Below are positions 55,495 to 64,000 of a DNA stretch of 64,000 nucleotides, in pieces. How positions within the stretch are numbered: the first letter of the stretch is position 1; every line of letters starts with the position of its first letter. The stretch is taken from contig OZ251459.1 of the NCBI GenBank assembly GCA_965242525.1, positions 3,353,515-3,417,514 of the forward strand, in the 5' to 3' direction. Source of the DNA: an uncultured Candidatus Binatia bacterium (GTDB taxonomy: Bacteria; Desulfobacterota; Binatia; UBA9968; JAJDTQ01). A model generated the notes under the pieces. It was not told the origin of the DNA, searched no databases, and saw nothing but the letters and a program-made list of their open reading frames with translations. A program made the position numbers and the translations under genes.

Positions 55495-56373
55495 TCACTG
55501 GCTGGCGACGAACGCGCGCAGCACCTCGTTGAACTCCGCGGGATGCTCCCGGTACGAGAAATGGCCGGCCTGGTTGATGATGTGCATTTGGGTGCGGCGC
55601 TCGCTTCCGGCCATGACCTCGAACAGGCGCATGCCCTGGTCCAGGGTGGCGGTGGGGTCGTTGTAGCCCCATACCAGGAGGGTGGGCTTGCCCAGCCCCC
55701 GGTCCCGGAGCCAGCCCAAGGTCTCCTCCTTCTGGCGCGCGTGCTGCAGCAGGAAGCGGTTGGTCTTGAGCCCCTGCGTCTCCATCTTCTCCACTGCTTC
55801 CCGGTACTTGGGCAGTTGGGCGATGGCGGTGCAGGCGTCGAGCCACTCGTCGGTGACGTGGGCGGCCGAGTACGAATAGCGCTCGAACACCCATCGCTGG
55901 CTCTCCCGCCCCAGCCGCGGCTCCGGGGCGTTGGCGAAGACGATGTCGTTCCTGCCCACCCCCGGGGCCAGGGTGTTCGTGTCCACCGGGATGCAGGACT
56001 TCACCAGGTCGCCCCGCTCCAGGGTCATGCGCGCCACAAGGTAGGCGCCGCGGGAATGGCCCACGAGGTGCACGTTGCCGAGCTTCAGGGTCTCCAGGAA
56101 GGCCAGCGCGTGCCGCACCACCGCGGCCATGGTGTAGTCCTCGTCGCTCCGGGGGTTGTCGGTCATCCCCTGCCCCAGCTTGTCCACCGCATGGACGTGG
56201 AACCACTGCGCCAGGCCGTCGAAGTTGAGGCCCCAGTCCAGAGCGCAGTCCGCGGCGTCGTTGGAGCCGAAGTTGCCGCCGTGGAACAGCACCAGAGGCT
56301 CGCCGCTACCTTTCTCGAAGTAGCGGGTGCGGATGCCGCCCACGTCCACGAATCTTTCGTCCGCCTGGTTCAT
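55495..56373 (-). CDS. Alpha/beta hydrolase, meta-cleavage-product (BphD/MhpC-like) hydrolase family.
   Basis: Nucleophile elbow GHSRGA and C-terminal H (AGHFSY). Start MNQADERF at 56373. Confidence 0.65.
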   Translation of the reverse strand: MNQADERFVDVGGIRTRYFEKGSGEPLVLFHGGNFGSNDAADCALDWGLNFDGLAQWFHVHAVDKLGQGMTDNPRSDEDYTMAAVVRHALAFLETLKLGNVHLVGHSRGAYLVARMTLERGDLVKSCIPVDTNTLAPGVGRNDIVFANAPEPRLGRESQRWVFERYSYSAAHVTDEWLDACTAIAQLPKYREAVEKMETQGLKTNRFLLQHARQKEETLGWLRDRGLGKPTLLVWGYNDPTATLDQGMRLFEVMAGSERRTQMHIINQAGHFSYREHPAEFNEVLRAFVASQ

Positions 56374-56768
56374 CACGGTCCTCCTCACCGGCCGGCCTGT
56401 GCCGGCCGCGGGTCGCGTTCCCCATGGAGCGGCTCCACGCCGCGTCCTCCTGCCCCGGACGGCGCACCCGGCCCGAGGGTGTCCCAATGTAACGGATTGT
56501 CCCCGGAAGGTTAACCCGTTCCTCCGGATCTGCCAGATCTGCGGTTGACGTTGGAGACGGCGTCGGCCATGAACTCAAAAGGGCAGTCCATGCGTTCATT
56601 CCACTGAAAGCGGAATGGTTTCGATCCGTGTCGCCATGAAGGGCATCCTCCGGGCGCGGGGACCGGGGTTTCCGGGCGGATCGGCGCGGCGGGGGCATGC
56701 TTGGAAATCATCGGGCAATCGGATAAGGGAAGGTGAGCCGGAAGGCGCGAGACCCAAGGAGGCAAGCT

Positions 56769-57593
56769 ATGGCGAAACCGAACGGCGACGAGCATCCCAT
56801 GCTGGGGGAGGGGCTGGGGCGGCTGCGCGGCAGGACGGCGGTCATCACCGGGGCCAACAGCGGCATCGGACGGGCCACGGCCCGCCTGTTCGCGCGCGAA
56901 GGCGCCAACGTCCTGTGCTGCGACATCCAGGAAACCACGACGCCCCGGGTGGACCAGCTCATCATCGAGGAGGGCGGCGAAGCCACCTTCCTGAACGTGG
57001 ACGTGACCGCGTCCGACGGCCCGGAGACGATGGTCAAGACGGCGCTGGACCGGTACGGCGGCGTGGACATCCTCTACAACAACGCGGGCGGCGGCATCCG
57101 CAAGCCCATCCACGAGTTCACCGACGAAGAGTGGAACTTCATCATGGACCTCAACCTGAACGCCATCTTCCGGTCGGTGCGGGCGGTCATCCCGCATTTC
57201 CTGGAGAAGGGCAGCGGCAACATCGTGAGCACCGCGTCCACCTTCGGCCTGCTGGCGTCGGAGAACTACCCGGCCTACTGCGCCACCAAGGCGGCGGTCA
57301 TCAACCTGACCCGGGAAATGGCGCTGGACTACGGCCCCAAGGGCGTCCGCGTGAACTGCGTCTGTCCGGGCGCCACCGAGACCCCGCGCTTCCGGGGGCA
57401 TCCGCCGGTTCCGTCGCTCCAGGCCGCCACCGACGAGCAGCGCAAGCGCATGGCCGACAGCAACAAGGCCCTGCTGCGCATGGCGCGGCCGGAGGAGATC
57501 GCCTACGGCGTCCTCTTCCTGGTGTCCGACGAGGCTTCCTTCGTCACCGGCCACGCCCTGGTGGTGGATGGCGGCCAGACCATCGACGCGTAG
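56769..57593 (+). CDS. SDR-family oxidoreductase.
   Basis: TGANSGIG; NNAG; Y..xK (YCATK). Confidence 0.8.
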   Translation: MAKPNGDEHPMLGEGLGRLRGRTAVITGANSGIGRATARLFAREGANVLCCDIQETTTPRVDQLIIEEGGEATFLNVDVTASDGPETMVKTALDRYGGVDILYNNAGGGIRKPIHEFTDEEWNFIMDLNLNAIFRSVRAVIPHFLEKGSGNIVSTASTFGLLASENYPAYCATKAAVINLTREMALDYGPKGVRVNCVCPGATETPRFRGHPPVPSLQAATDEQRKRMADSNKALLRMARPEEIAYGVLFLVSDEASFVTGHALVVDGGQTIDA

Positions 57594-57700
57594 CGGGAGG
57601 CCGCGGGCCGTGGAGGACGCAAAGCGGGGAGCAGGGGAAAAGAGGGCCTTCGTGGCGTGCGGCCGGCCTGCGAAAGCGGGTTCTCGACAAGGGTAACGAC

Positions 57701-58753
57701 ATGGGAGAGATACTCGGCCTCGGCATCACGCATTATCCCGGACTCGGCTTCCAGGGGAACATGACTCGCCGCATCAAGGTGTGCCTGGAAGATCCGGCGC
57801 TTCCGGAACGGCTGCGCAGCGTCGAGAACTGGCCGGCGCCCATGCGCGAGCAGTGGGGCGCGGACGACGGCCGGAGCCACTCGGACGCGCATCGGCAGGC
57901 CATGATCGACCGCTTCCGCATCGCCCGCCGCACCCTGGACGAATTCCGACCCGACCTGTGCGTGCTGTGGGGCGACGACCAGTACGAGAATTACCGGGAA
58001 GACTGCGTACCCGCCTTCTCCATCCTCGCCTATGAATCGGTGGACGCGCAGCCGTGGCTGCACAGCCGCCGGGGCGTCAACGTCTGGGACGAGCCCGACC
58101 ACAAGACCTTCGCCATCGAGGGCCATCGGGAAGGCGGCAAGCACCTGGCGTCGAGCCTGCTGGAGAACGGCTTCGACGTGGCCTACTCCTACAAGCCGCT
58201 GCACCGCGGGCTGGGGCACGCCTTCGTGAACTCGATCCTGTACCTGGACTGGGACCGCGCGGGGTTTCCCTACCCGGTGGTGCCCTTCACCGTGAACAGC
58301 TACGGGCGCAAGCTGGTGGGCAGCCGGGGCGTCCCGCTGACCCCTTCGGCCGCCCGCAGCATTGAAGACCAGTGGGACCCTCCGGGCCCGCAGCCCTGGC
58401 GCTGCTTCGACATCGGCGCCGCAACGGTGCGCGCGTTCCTGGGGAGTCCGTGGCGGGTGGCCCTCATCGCCTCGTCGAGCTGGTCCCATTCGTTCCTCAC
58501 CGCCAAGCACTCCTTCCTGTACCCGGACGTGGAATCGGACCGCCGCTACTTCCAGGCCCTCCGGGACGGCGACTGGGAGACCTGGCGGAACACGAACCTG
58601 CCGGAGGCCGAGGACCGCGGCCACCACGAGCTCCTCAACTGGTTCGCCCTGGCCGGCGCCATGGCCGAGATCGACCGCAAGCCCGACGACATCGTGTTCC
58701 TGGAGTCGTGGATCTCCAACTCCAACAAGGTGTTCGCGGTGTTTCGGCCGTGA
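57701..58753 (+). CDS. Class III extradiol ring-cleavage dioxygenase (LigB family).
   Basis: MGEILGLGITHYPGL N-terminus and LigB-fold His ligands (SSWSHSF). Confidence 0.65.
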   Translation: MGEILGLGITHYPGLGFQGNMTRRIKVCLEDPALPERLRSVENWPAPMREQWGADDGRSHSDAHRQAMIDRFRIARRTLDEFRPDLCVLWGDDQYENYREDCVPAFSILAYESVDAQPWLHSRRGVNVWDEPDHKTFAIEGHREGGKHLASSLLENGFDVAYSYKPLHRGLGHAFVNSILYLDWDRAGFPYPVVPFTVNSYGRKLVGSRGVPLTPSAARSIEDQWDPPGPQPWRCFDIGAATVRAFLGSPWRVALIASSSWSHSFLTAKHSFLYPDVESDRRYFQALRDGDWETWRNTNLPEAEDRGHHELLNWFALAGAMAEIDRKPDDIVFLESWISNSNKVFAVFRP

Positions 58754-58948
58754 GGAGGGGTTGTCGTCCGTGCAGGTGGAGTCGGGGAGGGGCTGGCTAT
58801 CGGAGAAAGCAGGGGCCGGCATACGGAGATGCCGCAGGGTCCCCGCGGTATGGGATATTGCGGGATAATAGGCTATAGGATAGTCATGGAAGAAGCTCTG
58901 GATCAGGGTGCAGGTTCTTCAGACAATGAAAGGGGGGTCTCTATTATG

Positions 58949-59131
58949 TCAAAAAACGAACCAGAGAACGAACGCCCGAAAATCTACGTCACGTCTCGCG
59001 GTGAACGGTACGTCAAGGCCGAGGAGTTGCTCACAAGCAAACGCGGGCGAGAGGCGCTTGAAAGGATGGCAGCGTTTGCGAAAGAACTCCGCGCCTCGAA
59101 GTCTCCACCGAAAAGGGACGACGATCGTTAA
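58949..59131 (+). CDS. Small hypothetical protein in an AT-rich islet.
   Basis: MSKNEPENERPKIYVTSRGERYV... in a ~50% GC region. Start chosen at the internal Met with GGGGGG upstream. Confidence 0.3.
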   Translation, partial: SKNEPENERPKIYVTSRGERYVKAEELLTSKRGREALERMAAFAKELRASKSPPKRDDDR

Positions 59132-59161
59132 CACCCCTACGGACCACGGCAGGTATTTGGT

Positions 59162-59866
59162 GTGGCTCTCGGTTGGCTCCTGATCCCTGCTCTCGGGGGC
59201 TATTGGTTCCTCAGGCACTGCTACCGGACCCGTTTCACCGTGGAACGCGCGTCCGGTTACCATCTCTTCTTTCAGACCGCTATTGCCGGTGGTCTTCTAG
59301 TCATCTTCGCGTACATACTCACCTCGCTCGGCGCATTTCTATGCCCGCCAGGCAGTGATCTGTGGACTTCCTTCGTTCCCTTCCCGTACTCCGGCACCGC
59401 GATATTGAGCGCACTGTTGGGAGTCGTGCTGCCTCCGGTCATCAACTATGGCTATGGCAAAGAGGAGGCAGCCAAACGGGCAGCGGAAGAAAACATCGAT
59501 CTTATCGAGTTGCTCCTGGCGGAATCCGTGGAACGCCAGATATATGTAGAGCTTTCATTGAAGAGCGGAAAATCGTACATCGGATTCGCTCTCAACACCG
59601 GACTTGGTGTGAACAGCGAATCCGACATCGCGATCATTCCTGCGTTGAGCGGGTACAGAAGCCACGACACCCACGAATTGGAAATCACAACCGACTATGC
59701 CCCTGTGATCCTGGATTCCGTCGAGCGCGGTCAGGACTTGGAAGACCTTAGAGATTTTCGAATCGTCTTTCCCCTGTCGGAAGTGGTGTCCGCCCGCTTG
59801 TTCGATGAGGACGTGTACCGGCGCTTCCAGCAAGACCGCGACCACGCCGCCTACCCCCGCGACTGA
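59162..59866 (+). CDS. Hypothetical membrane protein (3 TM) in an AT-rich islet.
   Basis: ORF with N-terminal TM helices; no recognised domain. Confidence 0.45.
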   Translation: MALGWLLIPALGGYWFLRHCYRTRFTVERASGYHLFFQTAIAGGLLVIFAYILTSLGAFLCPPGSDLWTSFVPFPYSGTAILSALLGVVLPPVINYGYGKEEAAKRAAEENIDLIELLLAESVERQIYVELSLKSGKSYIGFALNTGLGVNSESDIAIIPALSGYRSHDTHELEITTDYAPVILDSVERGQDLEDLRDFRIVFPLSEVVSARLFDEDVYRRFQQDRDHAAYPRD

Positions 59867-60741
59867 TACAGGAAGAAGACCCCCGCCACCACCAGGACCG
59901 CGGCCAGGCCGTCCTTCAGGGTGACGGCTTCGTCGCCCCGGAGGATCAGGCGCGCCAGCGAGAACGTCACCAGCGGCTGGACGTTCCAGATGGGGGCGAC
60001 GATGATGGCCGGGGCGTGGGCGACCGCCAGGTAGGTGAAGACGGAGCCCACCCCCTGGAAGAACCCGGAGAGCAGGAGGTAGGCGTAGCTGTCTCCCGAG
60101 ATCCATATGCCTTCCCGCCAATCGACCCGCAGCATGCGGCCGAGCAGCACCACCAGGACGAGGCCGGTGACGTGGGTGACCAGCGCCCCGGGAATGGGCG
60201 CGCCTCCCGACAGGATCGCCACCTTCTTGAGGATCGGCCCGAAGCCGAAGAAGACGATGGAAAGCAGGGGGTTGAGGAACGCCTTGTAGCGCACGGGTCC
60301 CGCGGGGCCTCCGTCGGCGCCCCCGCGGGTGATGAGCAGCAGGCCGGTCACGATCAGGACCACGCCCACCAGGATGAGAGGGGCCGCGGACTCGCCCAGC
60401 AGGACGATGGCGTACACCGCGGTAAGCAGCGGCGCGGAGTTGGCGATGGACTGGGCCTTGGCCGCGCCGATCTCGTCGATGCCCTTGAGCACGAAGGTGC
60501 GGCCCAGGAAGCTCCCCACCAGCCCCACGGAGACGAAGACCCCGGCCGCGGCAAGGGGCATGCGGAGCTGGACCTCGCCGGATGGAAGGGCGACGATCAG
60601 GACCAGCACCAGCACCGATCCCGCCTGCTGCAACAGCACCGCGGCGCTGACGTTGGAGTTCCTGAGACCGCGCTTCACCAGCACCGGCGACGTCCCCCAG
60701 AACAGGGCCGCGGCCAGTGCGTAGAGGATGCCCGCTTCCAC
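59851..60741 (-). CDS. EamA/DMT-family transporter.
   Basis: 10-TM protein with duplicated EamA halves; GTG start. Confidence 0.75.
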   Translation of the reverse strand: MEAGILYALAAALFWGTSPVLVKRGLRNSNVSAAVLLQQAGSVLVLVLIVALPSGEVQLRMPLAAAGVFVSVGLVGSFLGRTFVLKGIDEIGAAKAQSIANSAPLLTAVYAIVLLGESAAPLILVGVVLIVTGLLLITRGGADGGPAGPVRYKAFLNPLLSIVFFGFGPILKKVAILSGGAPIPGALVTHVTGLVLVVLLGRMLRVDWREGIWISGDSYAYLLLSGFFQGVGSVFTYLAVAHAPAIIVAPIWNVQPLVTFSLARLILRGDEAVTLKDGLAAVLVVAGVFFLYQSRG

Positions 60742-60832
60742 CCCTACGGGATAACACCCCCGGGAGCGGGCCGGAAGGAGCGGGCGAGGCGCCGGACCAG
60801 TTCGGCCAGGCCCACGAACCGCAGCCGGACTC

Positions 60833-60960
60833 TACTCGGCGCCGGGCAGGGAGCGGCAGAGGAACGTCTTGCCGGCCCTGCGGACCCCCGCAAGCCAGAC
60901 CACGGACTTCTCGGCCCAGAGTCCCTCAATGGCCTCGGTCCAGTAGCTCCGCCGTACCAT
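60833..60960 (-). pseudogene. 42-codon N-terminal remnant of an AAA ATPase (AAA_14/DUF4143-type), ending in TAG.
   Basis: MVRRSYWTEAIEGLWAEKSVVWLAGVRRAGKTFLCRSLPGAE*, a Walker A GVRRAGKT with no following domain. Confidence 0.4.
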
Positions 60961-61129
60961 ACGTCAGGACTCTTGCATATAGTGCTACCAAACGCAAAAA
61001 CGCCCGACGTTTGGTACAACCTCCATCCTTCCCGATGCGCCGTTTCCAACTCGTAATTTCCCCTTGGTCGTGGTTAGATGAAAGTAGGCGCCGAACGTAT
61101 CGGAACCGCCCTGCGAAAGGAGGACGAAG

Positions 61130-61810
<681 letters not shown>

Positions 61811-61933
61811 CGGCAACGAGGGGCGGCCGTTCCCCGGCGAAGTTCCTCGGCGAACTCGATGCTTGCCGGGGCAGTGGCCCGGACCGACAGATTACGCGCT
61901 TCGACGATGGTGAGGGAAGGACAAGGCATCCAC

Positions 61934-62665
61934 ATGGAAATGAGAGGGACAGCCCGCCTGTGTGTTCCGGCCGTAGTGCTTTTGCTCATGGCGATGGGCG
62001 TGTTTTCGGCGCCGGCGCAAACCTTTGAGGAGGCCGTGGCGGCATATGAGCGCGGCGACTACGCCGCGGCCTATGGCGGGTTCCAGGTGCACGCGGAGCA
62101 GGGCGATGCAAGCGCTCAGTACAATCTCGGTTACATGTACCTCAATGGGGAGGGTGTGCCCCAAGACTATGCAGGGGCGGCGAAGTGGTTTCGCCGGGCC
62201 GCAGATCAGGCCTTTGCCCCTGCTCAGCTCCATCTTGGGACCATGTACCATAAGGGGCAGGGAGTACCCCAGGACTATGCCGAGGCAGCAAAGTGGTTTC
62301 ACCAAGCTGCGGATCAGGGCTTTGGCCCCGCTCAGTTCCTTCTCGGATTCATGTACGACAATGGGCAGGGAGTGCCCCAGGACTATACGGAGGCGGCAAA
62401 GTGGTATCGCCAGGCTGCGGATCGGGGCGATGCTTCCGCTCAACTCAACCTCGGGCTCATGTACCACAAGGGGCAGGGCGTTCCGCAAGACTTCGTTCAG
62501 GCATACCTGTGGTTGAACCTTTCCGCATCCCGAAGATCGGATAAGAGGGTGCAGGAGTTGCGCGATGAAGTAGCAGCCCGTCTGACCCCGGCAGACCTCG
62601 CCCTGGCCCAGCGGTTGTCGCGGGAGTGGCAGCCCAAAGCAGAAGGGACTTATCCAGCAAACTAG
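61934..62665 (+). CDS. Secreted Sel1-repeat (TPR-like) protein.
   Basis: Signal peptide MRGTARLCVPAVVLLLMAMGVFSAPAQT, followed by five Sel1 repeats (Y..G.GV.QDY.EA.KWYR.AA.QG). Confidence 0.75.
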   Translation: MEMRGTARLCVPAVVLLLMAMGVFSAPAQTFEEAVAAYERGDYAAAYGGFQVHAEQGDASAQYNLGYMYLNGEGVPQDYAGAAKWFRRAADQAFAPAQLHLGTMYHKGQGVPQDYAEAAKWFHQAADQGFGPAQFLLGFMYDNGQGVPQDYTEAAKWYRQAADRGDASAQLNLGLMYHKGQGVPQDFVQAYLWLNLSASRRSDKRVQELRDEVAARLTPADLALAQRLSREWQPKAEGTYPAN

Positions 62666-62767
62666 TCAAGCGAGGTGTATCGTGAGGCTTGCCCCTCCGC
62701 CTGATACGACAACGGAGAAGGTGCTCAACAAGATTGCCGAGTTGGAATAAAGGAAAAGGAGACAAAC

Positions 62768-63190
62768 ATGGGCAACAAGTTTATCAGGGGCTGCTTGCTT
62801 GTCGTGATGGTGGCGAGTTTGGGCGGGTGTGCGTCGTCGCCAAAAAGTATTAGTGCGAGTTACGTTTCGCCTCTCCAATACCAATCATATGACTGTGACC
62901 AGATTGCCCAAGAGATGCACCGGATCACCCGCAAGGTTCAGGAAGTGACCGGAGTTCAATCGAGTAAGGCATCGGGGGATGCCGTAGCTGTGACGGCATC
63001 TCTACTGTTCTGGCCGGCCCTCTTCTTTCTGGCGGCGGGAGAAGACAAGAGCGCTGAATTGGCGCGTCTCAAAGGCGAGGCTGAAGCGTTGGAACAGGCT
63101 GCTGTACAGAAGAAGTGCACGGCGTTGCTTGATCAGATCGAGCGTGAACGAAAGGCTGCGGAAAAGAAAGCTGCCGAAACCACGGAGTAG
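62768..63190 (+). CDS. Hypothetical lipoprotein.
   Basis: Lipobox LGGC at residues 18-21; coiled-coil C-terminus; low-GC context. Confidence 0.5.
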   Translation: MGNKFIRGCLLVVMVASLGGCASSPKSISASYVSPLQYQSYDCDQIAQEMHRITRKVQEVTGVQSSKASGDAVAVTASLLFWPALFFLAAGEDKSAELARLKGEAEALEQAAVQKKCTALLDQIERERKAAEKKAAETTE

Positions 63191-63344
63191 CCCATTGAGT
63201 AGTAGGCTTTTTCCACTTTTGAGTGAGTCAAAGTGAGCGGGCAGTGGAGCCGGTGGTTAGGCCTGACGGGAACGGGCTAACGGCGCCGATATGTGGCCAA
63301 GCAGCAAGATTGTTGTGGGAAACAATACTCGTGAGGTAGGGGTA

Positions 63345-64000
63345 TGGAGATGAACATCGCCAGAAAACAGGGGGCCCAGTTAGCGCTATGGGCAGATGAC
63401 CCTGGCGCCGAGGTCCCGGAGTATCTGTCGCGCCAGTTGATCACCTACATCGGCAACAAGCGCGCCCTGCTCGGACACATCGCCGCAGCGGTCGAACAGG
63501 TCAAGCAGCGTCTTGGAAAGACACGTCTCCGGATATTCGACGCCTTCAGCGGCTCCGGGGTGGTCTCCCGATATTTCAAGGCGCATGCCGCCCTGCTGAT
63601 CAGCAACGACATCGAAGAATACGCCGCCGCAACCGCACGCTGTTACCTGAGCAACAGGAGCGGAGTTGACCTTGAGGCGGTAACCGAGGCCGCCGCCGAC
63701 CTGAACCAAAGGGTGGATACCGAGAAGTTTCCAACGGGCTTCATCGAAGAATTGTACTCGCCCAAAGACGAAAAGCGCATCACCAGGGAGGACCGCGTCT
63801 TCTACACGAAGAGCAACGCACAGCGGCTGGACAACTACCGCCGCCTCATAGACACACTACCGGCTGAAATGCAGGATATGCTCCTTGGGCCTCTGCTCAG
63901 CAGCGCGTCCGTTCACGCCAACACAGCAGGGGTCTTCAAGGGCTTCTACAAGAACCGAGAGACCCGGATCGGCCAATTCGGTGGCAGCGGAGCTGATGCC
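63345..64000 (+). CDS. D12-class (Dam-like) N6-adenine DNA methyltransferase, 3'-truncated by the window end.
   Basis: TYIGNKRALL (parallels Dam WAGGKYPLL) and FDAFSGSGVV (parallels the FxGxG AdoMet motif). ATG at 63345 with a GAGGTAGGGGT upstream region. The frame is still open at 64000. Confidence 0.5.

Noticed and set aside
63386-63709. Track ORF 63386..63709 on the minus strand.
   Set aside because: It is antisense to the better-supported plus-strand D12-class methyltransferase reading frame, which has the conserved motifs.

Overview
This is a high-GC (~68-70%) bacterial chromosomal segment carrying redox and catabolic housekeeping genes, interrupted by several clearly lower-GC accessory insertions. 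I cannot assign a taxon from sequence alone.

Core genes:
- Three xanthine-dehydrogenase/CO-dehydrogenase-family molybdenum hydroxylase loci: a complete FAD-subunit / 2Fe-2S / Mo-large-subunit operon (positions 1-3405), a 2Fe-2S / FAD / CoxG cluster without a large subunit (35655-37472), and an orphan Mo large subunit (51064-53361).
- An MFS transporter and the DNA glycosylase nth.
- A menaquinone operon on the minus strand (menF-menD-menH-menB-menA, then menC-menE).
- A bicupin / EutA-like reactivase / crotonase trio.
- Keto-acid dehydrogenase E1 alpha and beta subunits.
- holA, thiS-thiG-thiE and tRNA-Thr(CGU).
- hyuA/hyuB hydantoinase genes, a quinone oxidoreductase and an ABC-F ATPase.
- A meta-cleavage module (alpha/beta hydrolase, SDR, LigB-type extradiol dioxygenase), an EamA transporter, msrA and a Sel1-repeat protein.

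Accessory content:
- A ~9 kb defence island (5.5-14.7 kb) next to nth. It holds an atypical Type I R-M system (short HsdR; HsdM fused to a single-TRD HsdS whose conserved C-terminus is cut off by a frameshift in an A5 tract). Four nucleotides after hsdS sits a very AT-rich single gene encoding an ABC ATPase fused to a DUF4435/TOPRIM-like domain (OLD/PARIS-like). The island also carries a hicB-hicA pair plus an extra orphan hicB, and an archaeal-type ATPase with a DUF234 C-terminal domain.
- A 5.6 kb low-GC cassette (23.9-29.6 kb) inserted on the opposite strand inside the men operon, between menA and menC. It encodes an XRE regulator followed by four overlapping genes: a PAPS-reductase-like (DndC-like) protein, an SF2 DEAH helicase, a MORC-like GHKL ATPase and an HKD phospholipase-D nuclease. 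I read this as a candidate, apparently undescribed, modification-plus-restriction-type defence system. It is the most interesting object in the window.
- Smaller AT-rich islets at 58.85-59.87 kb and 62.7-64.0 kb. The latter ends in a partial D12-class adenine methyltransferase at the window edge.

Repeats: intergenic regions are packed with at least four families of short REP/MITE-like repeats. One family is a palindromic hairpin that also occurs as 23-bp tandem arrays. A 60-bp direct repeat carrying an RBS and ATG is duplicated 800 bp apart. These repeats produce many spurious ORFs in the six-frame track.
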